The translations under genes were made by a program, and so were the position numbers. Of a stretch of 64,000 bases of DNA, positions 58,370 through 64,000 are shown in pieces; position 1 is the stretch's first letter, and each line of letters begins with the position of its first letter. The notes under the pieces were generated by a model, which saw only the letters and a list, made by a program, of their open reading frames with translations, ran no database searches and had not been told where the DNA came from. The stretch is from a virus, in IMG/VR virus record IMGVR_UViG_3300031215_000009, positions 17,442-81,441 of that record. One strand, written 5' to 3'.

Positions 58370-58975
58370 ATGAAAAAAGTAGGTAAAGTAAACATTAAAT
58401 CATTGGGATTGAAATTCCAAGAAACAAAATCAGAAAAAACATTTAAACAATTATTTGATGCTTGTAAACCAGGTGCAATTAAATATTACTTAAAATTTAA
58501 TAATCCTTTGGAATTATTAGAAGATTGTTATAATGAAACATTAATTGCAATCTGGAATGATATTGATAAGTATGATGTAAAAAAATACAGCATTAGTACT
58601 ATGATATATTTGAAAATGAAACAAAACATCATTAGACATTATAAAAATGTAGGGGGTCAATATCAAAATTTAGATATTGATGAACCATCTGTAACTAATA
58701 AAGTATTAGCACAAGAAAGTGGTGATAATATTTTTGACTTACAACAAGAATATATTAAAGATGAAAGTGTTGAAACACTTTGGTGTAGTATTAAGACTAT
58801 ATTAAATAATGATATAAGTTACAATATATTATATGATAAGTATGCAAACAATATGAAATCAAAAGAAATTGCTGATAAATACGATACTAAATTACAAAAC
58901 GTATTAAACCGAATTTTTAACGCAAAGAAAAAAATTGAATCTAACGAAGAAATATACCATGAATTCATCAAATAA
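58370..58975 (+). CDS. ECF-type sigma-70 factor
   Basis: region 2 (EDCYNETLIAIWNDIDKYD..ISTMIY) and region 4 HTH (MKSKEIADKYDTKLQNVLNRIFNAKKKI). Confidence 0.85.
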   Translation: MKKVGKVNIKSLGLKFQETKSEKTFKQLFDACKPGAIKYYLKFNNPLELLEDCYNETLIAIWNDIDKYDVKKYSISTMIYLKMKQNIIRHYKNVGGQYQNLDIDEPSVTNKVLAQESGDNIFDLQQEYIKDESVETLWCSIKTILNNDISYNILYDKYANNMKSKEIADKYDTKLQNVLNRIFNAKKKIESNEEIYHEFIK

Positions 58976-59471
58976 ATTTTTCAATTTCCTATTAAACTTA
59001 GGATATTGGCAAGAATACAACGAATATTCTAAACTAAAGAGTGTATTAACCGAATTTTTCACAACAGAAGATGATAAATTGCAACAAGCGTTTATCAAAA
59101 ATTTTGATTATCCTGAAGATATGGTTGATGCACCCGTTAGGTTCGAACCAAAAACTGGAGATGTGTATTATACACTTAATTTTAAATCTAAAGAATTGTT
59201 TGAAAATTCTGGAACACAAGAAAAGGCACTATCTAATAGTTTAGTTGTTCTTGATAAGTTTTTACCTTTAGGTGTTACTCAATATTTAGAACCACAACCT
59301 CCAATACATATACCTGACACCTTTACCTTATTATGTTCATTAAGGGTTTTAACAGACACTACACCAAAGAAAACTTTGTGGAATACTGTTGGTTCAATAT
59401 TCAAACCTTTGACAATTCTTTCAATATTAGGTATAATAATAGCGGTATGTGTAAAATATTTGATGCAATAA
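58959..59471 (+). CDS. hypothetical protein with C-terminal TM helix
   Basis: ORF with terminal hydrophobic segment. Confidence 0.6.
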   Translation: MNSSNKFFNFLLNLGYWQEYNEYSKLKSVLTEFFTTEDDKLQQAFIKNFDYPEDMVDAPVRFEPKTGDVYYTLNFKSKELFENSGTQEKALSNSLVVLDKFLPLGVTQYLEPQPPIHIPDTFTLLCSLRVLTDTTPKKTLWNTVGSIFKPLTILSILGIIIAVCVKYLMQ

Positions 59472-59521
59472 AATGCTTTAAATATAAAGACAATTACATT
59501 TATTCACAAACCTAAAAATTA

Positions 59522-60070
59522 ATGGAAAAAACAAGTAACAATCCACCAAAAAATGAAGAAGGTGGTAAAACAATTCATTTAGACCCTCTTAGAGAAGAGG
59601 ACTTAGAAGATAAAAGAAATCTTATAGCAGAAAATTGTTTCATAGAAATAGACATTGCTTTGAAAAGTTATTCACAATGTTTTGGTGAAGATTTTTCATA
59701 CGATGAACTATCATTATTACATTCTACAATTGCATATATATTAAGTAGTCATGAAATAAAACATAAGTTATCAAATGTTGACATGGAACAATTTTCAATA
59801 CCAAAGTCACCCTTTAAAACAAAAGAAGGAACACCTACTGATAAATTATTCAACTTAACAGAATCAGATAAAATTCACTATATTACTAATTTGATAATGA
59901 ATTCTAAATTAGGATTTCACGAACTTAATAAAAGTGAATATTTTGAAAAAATGAATAAAGATTTGATGGTAGAAAAAAATGGTTTGTTATTTCAAACGAA
60001 CATTATGTATGATAGAAGCATACTTTTATTAAACAATAAATATAGTAAATTAATCTTAAATATAAAATAA
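59522..60070 (+). CDS. hypothetical protein
   Basis: ORF in operon. Confidence 0.6.
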   Translation: MEKTSNNPPKNEEGGKTIHLDPLREEDLEDKRNLIAENCFIEIDIALKSYSQCFGEDFSYDELSLLHSTIAYILSSHEIKHKLSNVDMEQFSIPKSPFKTKEGTPTDKLFNLTESDKIHYITNLIMNSKLGFHELNKSEYFEKMNKDLMVEKNGLLFQTNIMYDRSILLLNNKYSKLILNIK

Positions 60071-60073
60071 ACA

Positions 60074-60601
60074 ATGGGAAAAGTTAAAACAATTACAAAA
60101 GAAAAAAAAGTACAAAGAGTACTTGGTGGTGATATTGAAACTATGAAGTTAGAAGAACTACAAAAAGAATTTGATAAAGTAAAAGAGGTATATTCTACAA
60201 AGACATATCCTTTAACATTATCACAAAGTGCAATTTCATTATTATTAATGGAAATTTTACCTAATGTAGAATGGATAGGACAACAAGCATGGGATATTTT
60301 AGAAGCACAAAAAGTTATTGTAGAATTAAAACCTGATGTTGAAGCACAAATCACAACTGCGTCTGTAAGGTCAATGTTCCAATTTTTAGCAACTAACAAG
60401 TACAAAGGAGTTGATAACGTAATGGCAGTATCTGATTTATTAACACTATTAGCAACAATCATTCAAGGACCAATTCAAGAAGATGAACAAGTTTTTAGAG
60501 ACGCTGGTTTCGAATTACAAGCTGCAGAATTAGGAATTTTACCTGAAAAAGCAATGGCAGATGCAATGTCAGCACAAGCAAATGGTGCTCCACAAGCATA
60601 A
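60074..60601 (+). CDS. hypothetical protein
   Basis: ORF in operon. Confidence 0.65.
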   Translation: MGKVKTITKEKKVQRVLGGDIETMKLEELQKEFDKVKEVYSTKTYPLTLSQSAISLLLMEILPNVEWIGQQAWDILEAQKVIVELKPDVEAQITTASVRSMFQFLATNKYKGVDNVMAVSDLLTLLATIIQGPIQEDEQVFRDAGFELQAAELGILPEKAMADAMSAQANGAPQA

Positions 60602-60616
60602 AAAATAAACTAAATT

Positions 60617-60955
60617 ATGGAAAAGTTTCAAGCAAAGATTCCTTTCATAACATTAATCCTAGTGTGTTGTACGTATCTTTATACGTGCAACACTAATAGG
60701 AATGTTGGGAAAGTTATCAAAGAAAACAAAGAAATGTCATCATCTATTGATTCTCTAAAAACTGAGATCACTAACTTATCAGATAGTACTATTTCAGCCG
60801 AAGAATTTCAAATAAGATTAGAATTAGAAGGTTACAAAATTTCAAATAGAAATCTTTATTATAATAATGCTATTATTAGAACTAAAGTGAGACCTGATGA
60901 TATTATGCACAAGTATAATGCTGAAATAGAACGATTAACAAAAAAATTAAAATAA
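60617..60955 (+). CDS. membrane-anchored coiled-coil protein
   Basis: N-terminal TM followed by coiled coil. Confidence 0.6.
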   Translation: MEKFQAKIPFITLILVCCTYLYTCNTNRNVGKVIKENKEMSSSIDSLKTEITNLSDSTISAEEFQIRLELEGYKISNRNLYYNNAIIRTKVRPDDIMHKYNAEIERLTKKLK

Positions 60956-60957
60956 TC

Positions 60958-61272
60958 GTGAATATTGATAATCTTCTCAAAAAAATAGAGAAAGAATCTA
61001 AAGACCAAATAACTAAAAATAAAATAAAAATCAATAGGTTTGTTAGTAAGTATAAAGATGTAAGACAATGTTTCTATACAGATGATGAAAATGATGATTT
61101 ATATAATTTTTTGTTTGATATGTCAAATGAATATAATTTATTGGAATCTGATGTATATTTTTTATATATCGAATCTAAATTTGATATATTCGGAGAAATA
61201 TCAAATACATTTGAAGAAGACTTTGCAACTCACATTACATTAAGCGAAACCATTAAAAAAAAGAAAGCATGA
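60958..61272 (+). CDS. hypothetical protein
   Basis: ORF in operon. Confidence 0.55.
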   Translation: MNIDNLLKKIEKESKDQITKNKIKINRFVSKYKDVRQCFYTDDENDDLYNFLFDMSNEYNLLESDVYFLYIESKFDIFGEISNTFEEDFATHITLSETIKKKKA

Positions 61273-61532
61273 TTGACACTTGGAATATAGTAGAAAATGA
61301 AAATGTTAAAACAATCTGGAAAGATTTAGAACAAACAAACTACAATGAAATTAAAAATGTAGAAGAAACAATTGGATCAGAACCATATTTTTGTAAAAAA
61401 ACAAACTCAGTAGTTTTTAAAACATCGGTTCCCCATATTAGAATGGAACGTGGACAAAATTATTCTGAACTTGAATTAATTTCAAGATATTTAACAACAG
61501 AAAGTAAATTATATGATCTGTTAAAAAGTTAA
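61269..61532 (+). CDS. hypothetical protein
   Basis: ATGA-coupled ORF. Confidence 0.55.
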   Translation: MIDTWNIVENENVKTIWKDLEQTNYNEIKNVEETIGSEPYFCKKTNSVVFKTSVPHIRMERGQNYSELELISRYLTTESKLYDLLKS

Positions 61533-61641
61533 TACAAAGAGCAACTAAAAGGTTGCTCTTTTTTATATCAATAAAATATTTTAAAGATAAATGTACTTTA
61601 ATAAGTAAGAAATAAAATTAAGAACAATAATAAATTACACC

Positions 61642-62454
61642 ATGAAAACTGAAGAAGTAAGAGATATACTAATAAAACTTTACAAAATTACAAAAACCCC
61701 TGTGACATTCTTTGATATTGAATCAACAGGAATAGATAAAATAACTGATGATATTATTGAATTGTATTTGTGTAAGTATGATGGTAATGAATTCATAGAA
61801 AGTGATTCATATTACAATACAAACGTTCCTGTTAGAGCGGAAGCATTAGAAAAACATGGAATAACAAATGATTCTTTGATAGGTTATCCATATTTCAGCG
61901 AATGTGCAAAAGATATATACTCAGAATACTTTTCTAAAGGAACTATATTATGTGGTTACTGTTCAAATAACTTTGATATTCCATTTATAATCGAAAAGTT
62001 TTTACAAGCAAAAATTACAAGTTCTGTTAATATCTTACAAAACAAAAGAATTGATGTTTATGATATTTATAGACAACTTTACCCAAACACATTAGAAGGT
62101 GTTTATGATAGAGTAGTTGGAGGTCCAATGGGTAATGCACACGAAGCTAAGACAGACGTTATTGCAACTATCAAAATCTTAGATAAATTAATCTCAACAA
62201 AAGGAGATTATGAATTAGTAACATCATCAGATACTATTGATACTGATAAATTCTTTAGTAGAGAAGGAAATTCAATCTTCTTTGCAAAAGGAAAATTAAA
62301 AGGTGAAAATGTTCTTAAAATGGATTCAAAAGAATCTTTAGGATTTTTAAGATGGATGACAAGAATGGATTCAATTTCGATTCATACTAGAACAGTTGCC
62401 AATAAATTAATAGAAAAAATAGAATCAAATCTTGCAGCAAATTTATCTGTATAA
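61642..62454 (+). CDS. DEDDh 3'-5' exonuclease (DnaQ-like)
   Basis: FFDIESTG, HGI, NNFDIPF, AHEAKTDV. Confidence 0.9.
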   Translation: MKTEEVRDILIKLYKITKTPVTFFDIESTGIDKITDDIIELYLCKYDGNEFIESDSYYNTNVPVRAEALEKHGITNDSLIGYPYFSECAKDIYSEYFSKGTILCGYCSNNFDIPFIIEKFLQAKITSSVNILQNKRIDVYDIYRQLYPNTLEGVYDRVVGGPMGNAHEAKTDVIATIKILDKLISTKGDYELVTSSDTIDTDKFFSREGNSIFFAKGKLKGENVLKMDSKESLGFLRWMTRMDSISIHTRTVANKLIEKIESNLAANLSV

Positions 62455-62457
62455 AAA

Positions 62458-62490
62458 TTAGGTTATGTCAATATAAAGTTGTATATTGCA
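62458..62490 (+). promoter_or_regulatory. Bacteroidota-like early promoter
   Basis: TTAGG ... TTGTATATTGCA. Confidence 0.45.
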
Positions 62491-62512
62491 ATATAAATTA
62501 AAATATACTACT

Positions 62513-62851
62513 ATGACCTATTTTCTGTATTCCCTTTTTATGATTATTACCGGAGTTTTAATCTGGTTTCAAACAGTTGCCCCAATTAGATTTCCAGTGT
62601 TTTTAAGTAAATACACTTGGTTAGTTTATCTCTTAGGATTATTCACAAGTATTTTATTTGTAGAAGCATCCAAAATTGGGGCAACTATTTTTGTAAATCC
62701 ATGGACACTTCGTTTCATGGCATTTGCAATTAATACCCTTTTATTTGCTACCCTAACCCAAGTAACAATGGGCACAGATTTTGACACTAAAACAATTGTA
62801 TGTTTATTATTAAGTGTTGCAATAATATTGATTCAATGTTTTTGGAATTAA
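62513..62851 (+). CDS. small 4-TM membrane protein (SMR/EamA-like)
   Basis: four hydrophobic helices in about 112 aa. Confidence 0.6.
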   Translation: MTYFLYSLFMIITGVLIWFQTVAPIRFPVFLSKYTWLVYLLGLFTSILFVEASKIGATIFVNPWTLRFMAFAINTLLFATLTQVTMGTDFDTKTIVCLLLSVAIILIQCFWN

Positions 62852-62879
62852 AGATTAAATAAAGAAACAAAGAATTTTT

Positions 62880-63776
62880 ATGAAAGGAATAGATAAATTT
62901 AAAACATCTTTAAAGGTAGATAGAAAAATAAAAGAATTAGCATTAGCTGAAAACTTTGAAGATCAAGAAAAATTAGACGAAAAACTGATAACATTCGGTA
63001 AAAAAGCATATCCTAAATTTGGAAATGTAGTTTTATTAGCAGGTGGAGCAGGTTCTGGTAAAGGTTTTGTTAAAGATAAACTTATGGGAATTGAAGGTCA
63101 AGTGTATGATGTAGATGTTATCAAAGAACTTGCATTAAAATCTACATTAATTAAGAAAAATATTTTAGAAGAAACGGGTAAAGATATTTCAACATTTAAT
63201 CTTAAAAACCCTACTGATGTTTCAACACTACACACTGTATTAGAAAAAACATTAGGAATTATAGGTAAAAGACAAGCAGCAAGATTTTCTGCTATTTTAT
63301 TAGCACCAAAAGATAGAAAACCAAATTTAATATTTGATATGACACTAAAAAGTTTAAATAAACTAAGAAGTGTTTCGGGTCATATTAAAGACTTAGGATA
63401 TGAAGATATAAACACACACCTTGTTTGGGTAATAAATAGCTACTCTGTTGCAATTACACAAAACAAAAGTAGAGATAGACAAGTTCCTGAGGAAATATTA
63501 ATGGACACACATAGAGGAGCAGCACAAACAGCAAAAGATATTCTTGATATGGGTAAAGATATTAATAAATATTTAGATGGTGATGTTTGGTATGTATTCA
63601 ATAAAAGAGGAGAAGATTCTACAATTGTTTCATCAGGTTCTGGTGGTTCATATATAGAAGATGCAAATTATATTAAAGTAAAAGAAGCTGGAAAAACTAT
63701 TAATGCTAAAAAAGTAACATCCGAGGTTAAAACAAAAATAAAAGAGTATGTTCCACCAAGTAATTATTGGAACTAA
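62880..63776 (+). CDS. P-loop kinase (zeta-toxin/AAA_33-like)
   Basis: LAGGAGSGKG, DVD, LIFDMT, NKSRDRQVPEEIL; late promoter. Confidence 0.75.
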   Translation: MKGIDKFKTSLKVDRKIKELALAENFEDQEKLDEKLITFGKKAYPKFGNVVLLAGGAGSGKGFVKDKLMGIEGQVYDVDVIKELALKSTLIKKNILEETGKDISTFNLKNPTDVSTLHTVLEKTLGIIGKRQAARFSAILLAPKDRKPNLIFDMTLKSLNKLRSVSGHIKDLGYEDINTHLVWVINSYSVAITQNKSRDRQVPEEILMDTHRGAAQTAKDILDMGKDINKYLDGDVWYVFNKRGEDSTIVSSGSGGSYIEDANYIKVKEAGKTINAKKVTSEVKTKIKEYVPPSNYWN

Positions 63777-63800
63777 TAAACGTAATTATATAATAAAACC

Positions 63801-63832
63801 AAAGGGAACTAAAATATTAGTTCCCTTTTTTT
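63801..63832 (+). terminator. intrinsic terminator
   Basis: AAAGGGAACTAA/TTAGTTCCCTTT + T tract. Confidence 0.85.
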
Positions 63833-63867
63833 GTTTTAATAGGTATAAAATTTTAAACAAAAATTAA

Positions 63868-64000
63868 ATGGCAAAAAAAAGACTCAATTCAATTACCAAT
63901 GAATAGGGAGTATCTATTCAACAAACAAGTAGACCAATCATCAATAGGAGAAGTTACACAATTCATTTTAGATGTGAATGCAGATGATGCCTACTTAAAG
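63868..64000 (+). CDS. partial ORF running off window end
   Basis: ATG at 63868, open to end. Confidence 0.5.

Noticed and set aside
58180-58395. Minus-strand hydrophobic ORF
   Set aside because: AT-rich divergent promoter region; no supporting signals

Overview
AT-rich window from a large T4-like (myovirus) phage genome. The host is probably Bacteroidota, inferred from TTTG/TAnnTT(T)R promoter-like sites and A-rich leaders without Shine-Dalgarno motifs. It holds the replication/recombination core (UvsY, UvsW, PolB, clamp, clamp loader, UvsX/RecA, gp41 helicase, gp46/47, RNase H), the head module (gp4, gp2, portal, protease-scaffold fusion, major capsid), tail genes (gp15, gp26, gp51, tape measure, tube, sheath), two sigma factors, PhoH and two glycosyltransferases. 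The standout biology is extensive gene fracturing. Five genes within about 25 kb are broken by naturally split inteins (UvsW, a ligase-like enzyme, PolB, UvsX, gp41). PolB and UvsW are each in three pieces. The second UvsW break is bridged by what looks like a non-catalytic split half-Hint module, and its third piece has a 7-nt stop-containing insert behind a strong hairpin (candidate translational bypass). A conserved late-promoter plus bulged-hairpin cassette precedes four decayed homing endonuclease genes of three different families. Two of these insertions replaced the host gene terminus with a recoded copy, and one contains a nested TnpB/IS605 right-end remnant. All calls are from reading motifs by eye; no database searches were run.
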